This document shows positions 31,558-41,789 of a DNA stretch of 64,000 bases, piece by piece (the stretch's first letter is position 1; every line of letters begins with the position of its first letter). The notes beneath the pieces are model-generated. The model was not told the DNA's origin. It made no database searches and was given only the letters and a program-made list of their open reading frames with translations. The stretch is from positions 2,689-66,688 of the forward strand of contig JBDNCP010000002.1 in the NCBI GenBank assembly GCA_046719575.1, given 5' to 3'. The position numbers were made by a program, and so were the translations under genes. The DNA comes from Cyanobacteriota bacterium. Lineage in GTDB: Bacteria; Cyanobacteriota; Cyanobacteriia; Elainellales; Elainellaceae.

Positions 31558-32708
31558 GGCAGTTTTTGGATACATCGAGGATCGGGTAGCGTTGCTTTTT
31601 CTGGCTCGCGTGGAAACCAGAACGCCGTGCGCTTGCAAACTTCTACTAGCATCAGCATGACGGGTACTTCAATCAGCACGCCCACTACGGTTGCCAAGGC
31701 TGCCCCAGAGTTCAGTCCAAAGAGGGTGACAGCAGTGGCGATCGCCACTTCAAAATGATTACTCGCGCCGATCAGCGCTGCCGGAGCCGCGTCTTCGTAA
31801 GCCAGCCCCAGCTTTTGCGCCGCCACATAGGAAATCAGAAAAATAAAGTTCGTCTGAAAAAACAGCGGCACCGAAATCAGCAAAATATGCAGCGGATTTT
31901 GCACGATCAGGTCGCCCTTGAACGCAAACAACAGTACCAGCGTCGTCAGCAGCGCCACCACCGCCATTGGGCTGAGATAGCGCAAAAACACCTGCTCAAA
32001 CCAGGCTTTCCCCTTGTGTCGCAAAATCCAGGTGCGCGACACCGCCCCCGCCAGCAGCGGCAGCCCCACATAAATCAGCACCGACAGCACTATCGTTTCC
32101 CAGGGCACTGAGAGCTGATTGGCTGCCAGTAGTAAGCGTCCTAGCGGCGCATACAGAAACAGCATGGCAAGGGAATTGATCGCCACCATCACCAGCGTCA
32201 ATCCTTGATTGCTGAAAGATAGATAGCCCCACATCAGTACCATTGCCGTGCAGGGCGCGATGCCCAGCAAAATGGCCCCAGCGATGTAGGAGTTGGCCAG
32301 CGCAATCTCGCTGCCCCGGATTACCTCTGTTCCAGTGATGAGCGGACGGAAGAGGTAGCCCAAAAAGAATTGGGCAAAGGCAACCATTGTGAACGGTTTA
32401 ATCAGCCAATTTACTAATAGCGTTAACAGCACTGGGCGCGGTGCAAGCACGGCCCGCTTTGCCTGCGAAAAATCAATTTTGACCATGATGGGATACATCA
32501 TGAAAAACAGACAGATAGCAATTGGAATGGAAACCTGATGCACACTCATACGGTCGAGGGCGATCGCCACGCCAGGAGCCAAGCGTCCCAGCGCAATGCC
32601 TGCCAAAATGCACAGAAACACCCATAGCGTTAGGTATCGCTCAAAAAAGCTGAGGTGTCCGCCTGCCTGCACGCGCTGAAGAGGGGACGGAGATTTATCA
32701 AATGACAT
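31554..32708 (-). CDS. acr3: ACR3 family arsenite efflux transporter
   Basis: [40 protein letters not shown] and [10 protein letters not shown] motifs. Confidence 0.97.
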   Translation of the reverse strand: MSFDKSPSPLQRVQAGGHLSFFERYLTLWVFLCILAGIALGRLAPGVAIALDRMSVHQVSIPIAICLFFMMYPIMVKIDFSQAKRAVLAPRPVLLTLLVNWLIKPFTMVAFAQFFLGYLFRPLITGTEVIRGSEIALANSYIAGAILLGIAPCTAMVLMWGYLSFSNQGLTLVMVAINSLAMLFLYAPLGRLLLAANQLSVPWETIVLSVLIYVGLPLLAGAVSRTWILRHKGKAWFEQVFLRYLSPMAVVALLTTLVLLFAFKGDLIVQNPLHILLISVPLFFQTNFIFLISYVAAQKLGLAYEDAAPAALIGASNHFEVAIATAVTLFGLNSGAALATVVGVLIEVPVMLMLVEVCKRTAFWFPREPEKATLPDPRCIQKLP

Positions 32709-32740
32709 AAACAATCACGGTAAGCGGAAGGCCGATCAAC

Positions 32741-32770
32741 AGATCGTGAAACGGGAGATCGTGAAACGGG
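32741..32770. repeat. 15-bp direct repeat x2 (AGATCGTGAAACGGG)
   Basis: Exact tandem duplication in the arsJ-acr3 spacer. Confidence 0.85.
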
Positions 32771-32823
32771 TGGCGGCAGTCGTCCAGCATCTCACGCAGT
32801 CTACATTCTAGCGATCGCCCTCC

Positions 32824-34080
32824 CTAGTCTCCATCGCCCCCTTTCCAGGCGACAGCAGGCATCGGCTTGGGGTCGGGCAGCCGCAACTCGATCAGCCAGG
32901 CCGCCAGCACAAACAGGCTCGACACCCAAAGACAGCCCACCAGCCCAAAAAGCTGGTAGATCAGCCCCGACAGCACGGTTCCCGCTAGCCGCCCGGCCGA
33001 GTTTGCCATGTAATAAAAACCCACGTTGAGCGCCACCTTGTCGTCATCGGTGAACGCCAACACAAGGTAGGAATGTACGGCTGAGTTGAAGGCAAAGATG
33101 ATGCCAAAGATCATCAGACCGATCACGATCACTGCATCTTGGGGGAGATTTGCAGTGAGTCCGAGGGCGATCGCCGCTGGAACGGCTGTCAGAAGCAGCG
33201 TCCAAAACTGAATTGTCGCAGCGCGGGGCGGCTGATTCCCATTAAAGCGACGCAGCAAAGATGGCGCGAGGAATTGAATCACCCCATAGCCGATCACCCA
33301 GCACGCCAGGAAACCACCCGCCTGAAAGAACGACCAGCCCAACACACTCCGCAGGAACACAGGCAGTCCCACGACAAACCACACGTCACGCGATCCGAAT
33401 AGAAAAAAACGTGCCAGCGACAGGATATTGATCTCGCGGCTTTTGGAAAAAAGCTGCGTAAATTTGACCTTGGATTTAATCTTGCCCATGCCGCTGGGCA
33501 GGAAAAATCCCGTCAGCAAGATCAGCGCCAGCCCTGCGGCCATGATCCAGAGCGATCGCTCAAACCCAAACAGCGACAGCAGCGCCGCCCCCAAGAAAAA
33601 GCCCACACCCTTCAGCGCATTCTTGGAACCCGTCAGCACTGCCACCCACTTGAACAGTGACGACTGCGCCTCCTGTGGGACGACTAGCCGAATCGCGCTT
33701 TTGGAACTCATCTTGGTCAGGTCTTTGGCGATGCCCGATAGCGCCTGCGACACCATTACATACAGCACCGCAAACCACTGCGCCCAGTCGCGGTTCAAAA
33801 ACGACAGCATCACTAGCGCCGCCACCTGGAGCGCAATTCCCGCATATAGCGTCACCTTCAGACCCAGTTGCGACCCGATCCACCCGCCCAAAAAATTGGT
33901 GACAATGCCAAAGATTTCGTAAAACAAAAACAGCGACGCAATCTCCAGCGGCGTGTAGCCAATCTCGTTGAAATAGAGCAGCACCAGCATCCGCAGCGCC
34001 CCATCCGTCAGCGTAAAGCCCCAGTAGGCCAGGGTGACGAGGGCGTAGTTTTTGAGGTTGGCGGTTTGGGTGGCAGTCAT
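32824..34080 (-). CDS. arsJ: Organoarsenical efflux MFS transporter ArsJ
   Basis: YWGFTLTDGALRMLVL, GIAKDLTKMSSKSAI, LTGSKNALKGVGFF and GFYYMANSAGRL motifs; adjacent to gap. Confidence 0.95.
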   Translation of the reverse strand: MTATQTANLKNYALVTLAYWGFTLTDGALRMLVLLYFNEIGYTPLEIASLFLFYEIFGIVTNFLGGWIGSQLGLKVTLYAGIALQVAALVMLSFLNRDWAQWFAVLYVMVSQALSGIAKDLTKMSSKSAIRLVVPQEAQSSLFKWVAVLTGSKNALKGVGFFLGAALLSLFGFERSLWIMAAGLALILLTGFFLPSGMGKIKSKVKFTQLFSKSREINILSLARFFLFGSRDVWFVVGLPVFLRSVLGWSFFQAGGFLACWVIGYGVIQFLAPSLLRRFNGNQPPRAATIQFWTLLLTAVPAAIALGLTANLPQDAVIVIGLMIFGIIFAFNSAVHSYLVLAFTDDDKVALNVGFYYMANSAGRLAGTVLSGLIYQLFGLVGCLWVSSLFVLAAWLIELRLPDPKPMPAVAWKGGDGD

Positions 34081-34082
34081 GA

Positions 34083-34121
34083 GGGTGGGTGGTAGGGTGG
34101 TAGGGTGGTGGGGTGGTGGGG
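34083..34121 (+). repeat. G-rich heptamer repeat (GGGTGGT[A/G]) with G-quadruplex-type G-runs
   Basis: gggtgggtggtagggtggtagggtggtggggtggtgggg, directly upstream of the arsJ ATG. Confidence 0.8.
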
Positions 34122-34145
34122 TAGCTTCATCGCTTCATCCCTACG

Positions 34146-35180
34146 TTACTTCCGCAAGACGGCCACCTTCCGCGCCAGTTCAGCCATCCGGTTCGCGTAG
34201 CCCCACTCGTTGTCATACCACGCTAGGATTTTGACCTGCGTGTCGTCGATGACCATTGTGGATAGCGCGTCAATGATGCTGGAGCGGGGATCATCTTTGT
34301 AGTCGATGGAGACCAGTGGTCGCTCCTCGTAACCGAGGATGCCTTGCAGTGGGGCAGTTTCGGAGGCGCTTTTGAGGAGATGGTTTACCTCTTCGACGGT
34401 GGTGGGGCGGGCGACTTCAAACACGCAGTCGGTAAGGGAGGCATTGAGCAGAGGGACGCGGACAGCGAGGCCGTTGAGCTTGCCTTTGAGTTCGGGATAG
34501 ATGAGGGCGATCGCCGTTGCGGAACCCGTCGTCGTCGGAATCAGCGACATCCCTGTGGCACGGGCGCGGCGCAAGTCTTTGTGGGGCGCGTCTACGATGG
34601 TCTGCGTGTTGGTGTGGTCGTGGACGGTGGTGATCACGCCGTGCTTAATGCCGATGCCTTCGTGGATCACCTTGACCACCGGGGCGAGGCAGTTCGTCGT
34701 GCAAGAGGCGGCCGTCAGCAGGCGATGCTCGGCGGGGTTATAAAGGTGGTCATTCACACCCATCACCACATTCAGCGCTCCCGTTTTCACCGGAGCCGCC
34801 ACGATCACCGTTTGCACGCCGCGCTTGAAATATGGCTCCAGCGTTTCCACCGTGCGAAACTTGCCCGATGCTTCTAGCACCAGATCCACGCCATACTCTT
34901 CCCAGGGCACCTCGCCAGGGCTGCTGTATTCGCTAAAGCTGAGGGATTGGTCGTTGATGCGAATTCGGTCATCCCCTTCCGCCGCTACCTCATGCCCCCA
35001 GCGCCCATGCACCGAGTCAAATTTCAGCAGATGCGCCGCGCACGCTGCCCCGCCTTTGACCTCGTTGATATGCACAAACTCCAGTTCTGACCACCCCCAG
35101 GCTGCCCGCAGTGCCAGTCGCCCAATTCGGCCAAAGCCGTTGATGCCAACTTTAATTGGGGAAGATTGCGTAATCGTCAT
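34146..35180 (-). CDS. gap: ArsJ-associated glyceraldehyde-3-phosphate dehydrogenase
   Basis: [10 protein letters not shown], catalytic [11 protein letters not shown] and WYDNEWGY motifs; immediately upstream of arsJ. Confidence 0.96.
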   Translation of the reverse strand: MTITQSSPIKVGINGFGRIGRLALRAAWGWSELEFVHINEVKGGAACAAHLLKFDSVHGRWGHEVAAEGDDRIRINDQSLSFSEYSSPGEVPWEEYGVDLVLEASGKFRTVETLEPYFKRGVQTVIVAAPVKTGALNVVMGVNDHLYNPAEHRLLTAASCTTNCLAPVVKVIHEGIGIKHGVITTVHDHTNTQTIVDAPHKDLRRARATGMSLIPTTTGSATAIALIYPELKGKLNGLAVRVPLLNASLTDCVFEVARPTTVEEVNHLLKSASETAPLQGILGYEERPLVSIDYKDDPRSSIIDALSTMVIDDTQVKILAWYDNEWGYANRMAELARKVAVLRK

Positions 35181-35304
35181 GCGGAGTAAGGGGTTGAAAA
35201 ATCGGGGAAGGGCAAAGTCTGGCTTGAAAGTGCCGCTTGAAAGATGAAGCGGACACAGCCTAGCTCTAAGACTAAAACTGTGCCCGCGTTTTGCCTATTG
35301 CTGC

Positions 35305-36426
35305 TTAGAAGGCGGCTTCTTTTTGCAGCAGGTCTTCTAGTTTCAGATTGGTGGGGGCTGTTCCAGCAAATACGGTGCCTACCTTACCCGTTTGGAAATG
35401 GGTCAGCGCAATGTTGTATAGCTCATCAGGCAGAGGCACATAGCCAACAACCTTTGACAAGAACCGACCGTTGTTGAGGTAATACTCTACGAACTCCTTG
35501 AGCTTGGGATTCTTTTCTACGGAGTCGGCGTTGACATAGATAAAGAGCGGCCGCGCCAGGGGTTGATAAATCCCTTCGCGAACCGCTTCTACGGAGGGTT
35601 CTACTGGGCCTGCGCCATTGTCGATTGCCACAGGACGCAGCAGCGTGCGACTTTCTTCAAAGTAAGCAAGACCAAAGTAGCCTAGTGCATTGGGATTGTT
35701 GCGAACGCCGCGCACTAGGTCATAGTCATTTTCACTGGCAGTATAGTCCTTGCGGCTGGCTCCAGTTTCACCCACGATTGCTTCGGTGAAGTAGTCAAAG
35801 GTGCCCGAATCGCTTCCTGCGCCGTAGAGTTCGAGGGGGCGATCGGGGAACGTCGAGCGCACTTGGTTCCAGCGCGTGATCCGACCTTCGGCACTGGGCT
35901 CCCAAATCTTTTTCAGTTCTGCAACGGTCAGCGAATCGACCCAGTTGTTGTCTCGGTGAACCGCGAGGGTGAGCGCGTCGTAGGCGACGGGTAGCTCATA
36001 ATAGCGAACGCCCGCGGACTTGCAAGCGTCCATTTCGCGCCGGTTGATGGGGCGAGAGGCGTTGTTAATATCCGTTTCGCCAGCGCAGAACCTGCGGAAG
36101 CCTGCTGAGGTGCCCGAAAACTCGACTTTGACTTCTGGATGATCTTTGCGCTCAAAGGCATATTCTTTGACGACTTCATCGGTAATGGGATAGACCGTGC
36201 TAGAGCCGTCGATGGTGATGGTTGCCTCAACTGGGGCAACAGGTTTGCCGGTCGTGTCAGTGGCAGCAGGCACACCCGGCGATTCAGTAATGACAGGTGG
36301 CGTGGGTACGCTGCACGCTGTGATAGTGAGGCCGGTGGCGATCGCCATCATTGAATATCGAGAATATCGAACTAGATAAGTCTGAACCTTGGAAAAATTG
36401 TTGAGTATTTGGATGATTGCTCTCAT
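35305..36426 (-). CDS. pstS: PstS family phosphate-binding lipoprotein
   Basis: Lipobox-like ITAC; [25 protein letters not shown] and LARPLFIY motifs. Confidence 0.93.
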   Translation of the reverse strand: MRAIIQILNNFSKVQTYLVRYSRYSMMAIATGLTITACSVPTPPVITESPGVPAATDTTGKPVAPVEATITIDGSSTVYPITDEVVKEYAFERKDHPEVKVEFSGTSAGFRRFCAGETDINNASRPINRREMDACKSAGVRYYELPVAYDALTLAVHRDNNWVDSLTVAELKKIWEPSAEGRITRWNQVRSTFPDRPLELYGAGSDSGTFDYFTEAIVGETGASRKDYTASENDYDLVRGVRNNPNALGYFGLAYFEESRTLLRPVAIDNGAGPVEPSVEAVREGIYQPLARPLFIYVNADSVEKNPKLKEFVEYYLNNGRFLSKVVGYVPLPDELYNIALTHFQTGKVGTVFAGTAPTNLKLEDLLQKEAAF

Positions 36427-36728
36427 GAATAGCCTCACTCCTGTATTGCATCCAGTCTCTGACTGACATTGACCCTTGTGAACACGATTGTCTAATCGGG
36501 TAGCCAGGAAACCTTTGTTGGCAGGAACACAGACGCTTTAAGTTTTGTTTATAGCGACCGTAAAAAATTGCAAAAATTTGTCTAAAATCACCATCTTGCT
36601 GGGTTAATAGCCCGTCTAAAACTTGTCTAGAATTTGCCTGAAAAATTAGCCAAAGCTATAGCGTTTGCCGACTCAGCGCATCTCCACTTAGCCCACTAAA
36701 CCAGTGGGTCGGGTTGAACCTGCTTCCT

Positions 36729-36770
36729 ACAGTCAGGCAAACACAGTCAGGCAAACACAGTCAGACAAAC
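36729..36770. repeat. 14-bp tandem repeat x3 (ACAGTCAGGCAAAC)
   Basis: Units at 36729, 36743 and 36757; the third has one mismatch. Confidence 0.9.
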
Positions 36771-36802
36771 TAAGAAATATTGATACATCAAGTAAAGTCG
36801 AT
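36769..36802. promoter_or_regulatory. Putative tandem ArsR operator (ATCAA-N6-TTGAT-like boxes)
   Basis: ACTAA-gaaata-TTGAT (36769-36784) and ATCAA-gtaaag-TCGAT (36787-36802), 18 bp apart. They resemble the ATCAAGTTTTTTTGATG repeats known from the Synechocystis ars promoter. Confidence 0.65.
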
Positions 36803-36962
36803 ACGTCAAGCGCCGATGTGGCCGACGACACAGAAACTTTCAACGATTTGTTAAGTTGTTAAGCTATTTGCTGAGCCTAGGCGCTGAGCTAAAAAACATT
36901 CCAGACAGCCACGTAGACAGTCACCCAGACAGCCACTATGATGCCGTTGGCTAACCCCACTG

Positions 36963-37283
36963 CTAGGCACAGGGACGACCCGGACGCGCCTGCCCGCAGC
37001 GGCGAAGGTCTGCCAAGAACTGCTCCAACAGTGCAAATTGGGGCAGATTTAGGCTGTAGTATATCCATCGCCCCTCTTGGCGTGCGATGACCAGCTCTGC
37101 CTCGCGCAGCGCCTTCAGATGAAACGACAGCTTAGACTGCGACACCCCCAGCACATCGCACAGATCGCACACGCACATTTCCTGAGTCCGCAGCGCGTCG
37201 ATCACTTGCAGCCGCAGCGGTTCTGACAGGGCGTGAAATCCGGCAAGGGTTTGAGCAGGGGTGAGGGCGATCGCTTCAGTCAT
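36963..37283 (-). CDS. arsR: ArsR/SmtB family transcriptional repressor
   Basis: FHALSEPLRLQVI, EMCVCDLC, SQSKLSFHLKAL and EGRWIYYSL motifs. Confidence 0.95.
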   Translation of the reverse strand: MTEAIALTPAQTLAGFHALSEPLRLQVIDALRTQEMCVCDLCDVLGVSQSKLSFHLKALREAELVIARQEGRWIYYSLNLPQFALLEQFLADLRRCGQARPGRPCA

Positions 37284-37780
37284 TCTGCCTGTTGAAAAAT
37301 CTATTGAAAAATCTTGTGTGCAATCTTGGGTAGGAACGAGCCGCCATGAGCAAGCCTCATGAGCAAGCATACGAACCAGCAGCGCCAGCTACCTGAGAAC
37401 TGCCACCAACTGACTGGCGCAATGCTCAAGTGTTTCCATTCTACGAGTCGTCTGGCAGCCGCGTCTCCAGACTCCGGTTTTGAGAGTCATTTAAGCGCTA
37501 TAAGTCTCTCGATATCAGGCTTTGGTCATTGCTGCCGACTCTCAAATTTCAGCCCGCACACAGAATAGATCTGCTAAGATGCAGATTCGCGGCATGATAT
37601 CCGGTCTGGGTGCCGCGCTGGGCAATTCTTTAACGCAACTGGCTTCAAAGTAGGTTGCAGACTCAAACTGGCTGGCTCAAAGCAGTTTGTCAGGAATCGG
37701 GCCTAACAATTGACCCTTTCTCGCTCTGCGGCAGGCCGGCGTTTCAAACGGCGCAGAGTGACCCTACTTCTGGAGTTTTA

Positions 37781-39193
37781 ATGTCCTTTTCTGAACTCGG
37801 ACTGACCGATGAAATCGTCCGCGCCGTAGCTGCACGCGGCTACACCACCCCTACCCCAATTCAGGCGAAAGCGATTCCCGCAGTGCTGGCTGGGCATGAC
37901 CTACTCGCCAGCGCCCAAACCGGAACTGGAAAAACCGCCGGATTCACCCTGCCGATTTTGCATTTGCTGGCGGCCGCGGGGCGCAGCGCCTCCCCCGGCA
38001 AGCCCATGCCTCGCGTTCCCGTGCGATCGCTCGTCCTCACGCCCACCCGTGAACTCGCCGCCCAGGTCGAAGAAAGCATCCGCGAATATGGCCAGTATTT
38101 GCCCCTGCGCTCTACCGTCGTCTACGGCGGCGTGGGAATGCAGCCCCAGGTGCAGCGGCTGCGCGGCCGCATCGATATTCTGGTGGCCACGCCAGGGCGA
38201 CTGCTGGATCATGTGCAGCAGGGTACGGTGGATTTGTCGCGGGTGGAAATCCTGGTGCTGGATGAAGCCGACCGGATGCTGGATATGGGTTTTTTGCCCG
38301 ATATTCGCCGTATTCTGGCACAGTTGCCCAAGCAGCGACAAAACCTATTGTTTTCCGCTACATTTTCCAGCGAAATCAAGAAACTCGCCAGTGGCTTGCT
38401 GCATAACCCTGTCACCATTGAAGTGGCACCGCCCAACGCCACCGCCGACTTGGTGGCGCAAAAGGTGTATCCCGTCGATCGCCATCAAAAGCGGCAACTG
38501 CTGACCCATTTGATCCAGCAAAACAACTGGTTTCAAGTCTTGGTCTTTACTCGCACCAAGCACGGTGCAGACCATCTGGTAAAGCATCTGAACAATCACC
38601 AAATTCCCGCCATGGCCATCCACGGCAACAAAAGCCAGTCTGCCCGCACCCGCGCCTTGGCTCAGTTCAAAGACGGCAGCCTGCAAGTGTTGGTGGCGAC
38701 GGACATCGCCTCTCGCGGCATCGACATCAGCGAACTGCCGCACGTGATTAACTTTGAGTTGCCCAACGTGCCGGAAGACTATGTGCATCGCATCGGGCGC
38801 ACGGGGCGGGCGGGCACCGAGGGCGAGGCAGCATCGCTGGTCTGCGTGGACGAGCTAAAGCTGCTGGCGGATATCGAAAAACTGATCCGGCGATCGCTCC
38901 CCCAGGAAGTCGTCCCCGGTTTTGAACCTGATCTCAACGCCAAGCCAGAACCCATCCCCAACGGGCGCAACCGTCAGTCTGGCGGGCGCGGGCGATCGGT
39001 TGGCGGGGCGGGCGGTGGGGCCTCGCGCCAGCATTCTGGGCATGGGCCGGGTCGTGCTGCTGCGAAAACGGCATCACCGGGCCGGGGCGATCGCCCCAAA
39101 CCCAGTAGTAAAACAGACAGCACTGACCCCGGCCGCCGCTCTCGTCCTGGCTCCACGGGTTCCCGTCGCTCTGCCCGCCGCCCCGCCAACTAG
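37781..39193 (+). CDS. DEAD-box RNA helicase (RhlE/CrhC-like)
   Basis: Q motif [26 protein letters not shown] and [10 protein letters not shown]; R/G/S-rich tail; GGAG RBS before 37781. Confidence 0.97.
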   Translation: MSFSELGLTDEIVRAVAARGYTTPTPIQAKAIPAVLAGHDLLASAQTGTGKTAGFTLPILHLLAAAGRSASPGKPMPRVPVRSLVLTPTRELAAQVEESIREYGQYLPLRSTVVYGGVGMQPQVQRLRGRIDILVATPGRLLDHVQQGTVDLSRVEILVLDEADRMLDMGFLPDIRRILAQLPKQRQNLLFSATFSSEIKKLASGLLHNPVTIEVAPPNATADLVAQKVYPVDRHQKRQLLTHLIQQNNWFQVLVFTRTKHGADHLVKHLNNHQIPAMAIHGNKSQSARTRALAQFKDGSLQVLVATDIASRGIDISELPHVINFELPNVPEDYVHRIGRTGRAGTEGEAASLVCVDELKLLADIEKLIRRSLPQEVVPGFEPDLNAKPEPIPNGRNRQSGGRGRSVGGAGGGASRQHSGHGPGRAAAKTASPGRGDRPKPSSKTDSTDPGRRSRPGSTGSRRSARRPAN

Positions 39194-39232
39194 CACAGGA
39201 CTTACGCACCTGCGATGAATTTTTTGGATTTC

Positions 39233-39271
39233 GGACTATTTCTCGCGGGCGCAGCCCGCGAGAAATAGTCC
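39233..39271. terminator. Perfect 17-bp hairpin between convergent genes
   Basis: GGACTATTTCTCGCGGG-cgcag-CCCGCGAGAAATAGTCC; no adjoining U tract. Confidence 0.6.
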
Positions 39272-39317
39272 AACTGCGTAAGCCCTATAGCACCGAGATT
39301 GCCAGTCATTCAGGAGA

Positions 39318-40589
39318 TCATAAATAATTCAGCGGGTCAACGGGTTCGCCGTTTTTGCGGACTTCAAAATGCAGGTGCGGCCCGGTGGAAAAGCCTGTAG
39401 AGCCAACAGCGGCGATCGCCTCTCCCCGGCTCACTGCTTGCCCTTCAGACACATACACCCGGCTGGCATGGGCATAGAGCGTGGTAATACCGTTGCCGTG
39501 ATCCACGATTACCGATCGCCCGTAGCCGCCATACCAGCCGGAATAAATCACTACGCCGTTATTTGCGGCGCGGATGGGCGTGCCCGTCGGCGCACCAAAG
39601 TCGATGCCCGCGTGAAAGCGGCGATAGCCCAAAATCGGATGCACGCGGTAGCCAAAGCCGCTGGTCAGCCGTCCGTCGGCGGGAATGCTCATAATACCGT
39701 TGCCGCGAATCACAATCCGGCTGCGCGAGGCGGCGGCGAGGCGCTGGCGAATCAGGTTTGCCAGACTAGCGGAATCTCGCGCTAGCTGCTCCTCGGCTTC
39801 TTCTAGCGCCTGCTGATCTTGCTTGAGCCGAGTAATCAGCTCCTCTTGGGTTAAGGCTTGCTGCTGATATTCCGCTTTTTGAGACTGGAGTTCTTGAGTA
39901 AGCAGGGCGATCTCATTTTTCTGGCGCTCGACAGCGCGATGCCGAGCTACTAGCTCATCCGATTGTCGCTTGAGATCAACCAAAAACTGGTTATCTGCCT
40001 GATAAACTCGCCGGAGCTGGTAGCGCTTTTCTAAAAATTCGTTCAGGTTCTGGCTTTGCAGCAATACCGCCCAACCGCTGCTGTCTTTTTGCCGCTGCAA
40101 AAAACGGAGCCGCGCCACTGTGGCAAACTGCTGCTGCTGATAGCGCTCCTCTGCCTTTGCCAAATCTGCCTGGAGTTGTGCCAGGCGCGTGTTGGCATCT
40201 TTGAGCTTTTTCTCGTTTTGCTGAATCTGGGCCGTCGTGGTGTTGATGCGGTCCTCCAGAGCGTCGAGCTTCTGCTGAGCCGAGTTTTCCAGATTTTCTA
40301 GCTGGTTGCGTTGCTGGTTCAGGGTCGAGCGCTTTTGCTCAACCTGCTGCCGCTGCTGTCGGAGCGTGTCTATGGAAGGGGAGGCCTGGGCGATGAGCGC
40401 TGGTGGGGCGATCGCCCTCGATTGCAACCCCAATTGCGTGACTGATTGCGTGACTGATTGCGCGATCGCCCGCGTCCCCACACTCCCCAACAGCAGCACC
40501 AACAGCAGCAGCGCTAGCCCCGCAGAAGGGATGCCAGCGCGACGCTGCCAAAAGCGATTAAGACGATTCCAGACCCTCGATTGACCCAC
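39318..40589 (-). CDS. M23 metallopeptidase with a long coiled coil (EnvC/CwlO-like)
   Basis: Signal-like hydrophobic N-terminus, coiled coil, H.GIDFG and TGFSTGPHLHFEVR motifs. Start uncertain. Confidence 0.93.
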   Translation of the reverse strand: MGQSRVWNRLNRFWQRRAGIPSAGLALLLLVLLLGSVGTRAIAQSVTQSVTQLGLQSRAIAPPALIAQASPSIDTLRQQRQQVEQKRSTLNQQRNQLENLENSAQQKLDALEDRINTTTAQIQQNEKKLKDANTRLAQLQADLAKAEERYQQQQFATVARLRFLQRQKDSSGWAVLLQSQNLNEFLEKRYQLRRVYQADNQFLVDLKRQSDELVARHRAVERQKNEIALLTQELQSQKAEYQQQALTQEELITRLKQDQQALEEAEEQLARDSASLANLIRQRLAAASRSRIVIRGNGIMSIPADGRLTSGFGYRVHPILGYRRFHAGIDFGAPTGTPIRAANNGVVIYSGWYGGYGRSVIVDHGNGITTLYAHASRVYVSEGQAVSRGEAIAAVGSTGFSTGPHLHFEVRKNGEPVDPLNYL

Positions 40590-41149
40590 CGTAAGCTGTT
40601 TGTTTTAGAAAAGGATGCTCGAAACAGACTGACACCGCCGCTCAAGAGCAGCCACCATAGCGCTGACCCCAAAAACACACCCAGCACCGTAATACTTGCT
40701 GCCAGCGGGTCGCCACTAGAATTCGCCAACCCCAGCCCTGCAAACACCGCCGCAAAGGACATGATAGTTGCTGGATTAGTCAGCGTTAACAAAATTGTCG
40801 AAAGGTAGGCACCCCATAGCCCGATGTTGCGAATCTGGCTGTCTGTCCGAGCGGCCTCTGTCGCTGGCTGGGTGCGAAAAGTCTGCACACCCAGATAAAT
40901 CAGAAACAGGCCGCCGATCAGGCGAAACCATCCGGCTTGACCAATCAGGATAGCAGAGATCAGGGTCAATCCATACGCGGCGATCGCCCCATATATAGCG
41001 TCGGCAGTGGCCGCGCCCAGCCCCGACAGCAGTCCTGCCAGTTGCCCATACGCCAGCGTCCGTCGGATGCACAGCACACCAATCGGGCCAACCGGAGCAG
41101 CAATCGAGAACCCTATTAGTAGACCACGGGCGAAGAGGGAGGCGTTCAT
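40514..41149 (-). CDS. LysE/RhtB family amino-acid exporter
   Basis: IAAPVGPIG and LTLTNPATI motifs; downstream of an Lrp regulator. Confidence 0.92.
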   Translation of the reverse strand: MNASLFARGLLIGFSIAAPVGPIGVLCIRRTLAYGQLAGLLSGLGAATADAIYGAIAAYGLTLISAILIGQAGWFRLIGGLFLIYLGVQTFRTQPATEAARTDSQIRNIGLWGAYLSTILLTLTNPATIMSFAAVFAGLGLANSSGDPLAASITVLGVFLGSALWWLLLSGGVSLFRASFSKTNSLRWVNRGSGIVLIAFGSVALASLLRG

Positions 41150-41163
41150 GAGGGGGGGGAGGG

Positions 41164-41328
41164 AAAAAACGAAAAACGAAAAACGAAAAGAGAAAAGGGA
41201 AAGCGGGTATTGGTCAGGATTTCTTCGTTCTTCCGTCTTCGTTCTTCTGTCTTCGTTCTTCCGTCTTCGTTCTTCTGTCTTCGTTCTTCCGTCTTCGTTC
41301 TTCTATCTTCGTTCTTCCGCCTTCCCTC
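41164..41328. repeat. Oppositely oriented heptamer arrays (GAAAAAC x3; TTCTTCG/TTCTTCC about x14)
   Basis: These arrays fill most of the 181-bp lrp-lysE spacer. Confidence 0.9.
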
Positions 41329-41330
41329 CA

Positions 41331-41789
41331 TCACTCCCCAACGGGCAGCACGCTCGTCTCTTTTACGGTAGACAGCACGATCGTGGTGCGGGTGCGGAGG
41401 ATGCCAGGGAGGCTTTTGAGTTCATCACTGACGAGGCGTTCCAGGTCTTTGGTGTGCTGACAGCGGACTTTCAGCCAGTAGTCGTCGTCTCCGGCAATGT
41501 GGTGACATTCCTGCACTTCGGCAAGCTGGTGGACTTTTTCCAGGAATGGGGCGCGGTGTTCGGGGCGCTCTAGCGTAACGGCGATGAAGGCGGTGAGGTG
41601 GCAGCCCGCCGCTTCCGGATCGACCCGCGCCGTGTAGCCCAAAATTACGCCACGCTCCTCTAGCCGCCGGACGCGATCGCCCGCCGCTGGGGCCGACAGT
41701 TGCAGCACGGTCGCCAGCTCAGCCCAGGTCATGCGGCCGTTCTGCATCAAGTGCTGAATCACTTTTGAATCAATGTCGTCTAGGCTCAT
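41331..41789 (-). CDS. Lrp/AsnC family transcriptional regulator
   Basis: LDDID..., HTH, RVRRLEERGVILGY and ECHHIAGDDDYWLKV motifs. Confidence 0.95.
   Translation of the reverse strand: MSLDDIDSKVIQHLMQNGRMTWAELATVLQLSAPAAGDRVRRLEERGVILGYTARVDPEAAGCHLTAFIAVTLERPEHRAPFLEKVHQLAEVQECHHIAGDDDYWLKVRCQHTKDLERLVSDELKSLPGILRTRTTIVLSTVKETSVLPVGE

Noticed and set aside
36729-36770. Short tandem repeats here and at 32741 and 44150 as possible CRISPR arrays
   Set aside because: Units are 14-15 bp and directly adjacent, with no spacers and no cas genes.
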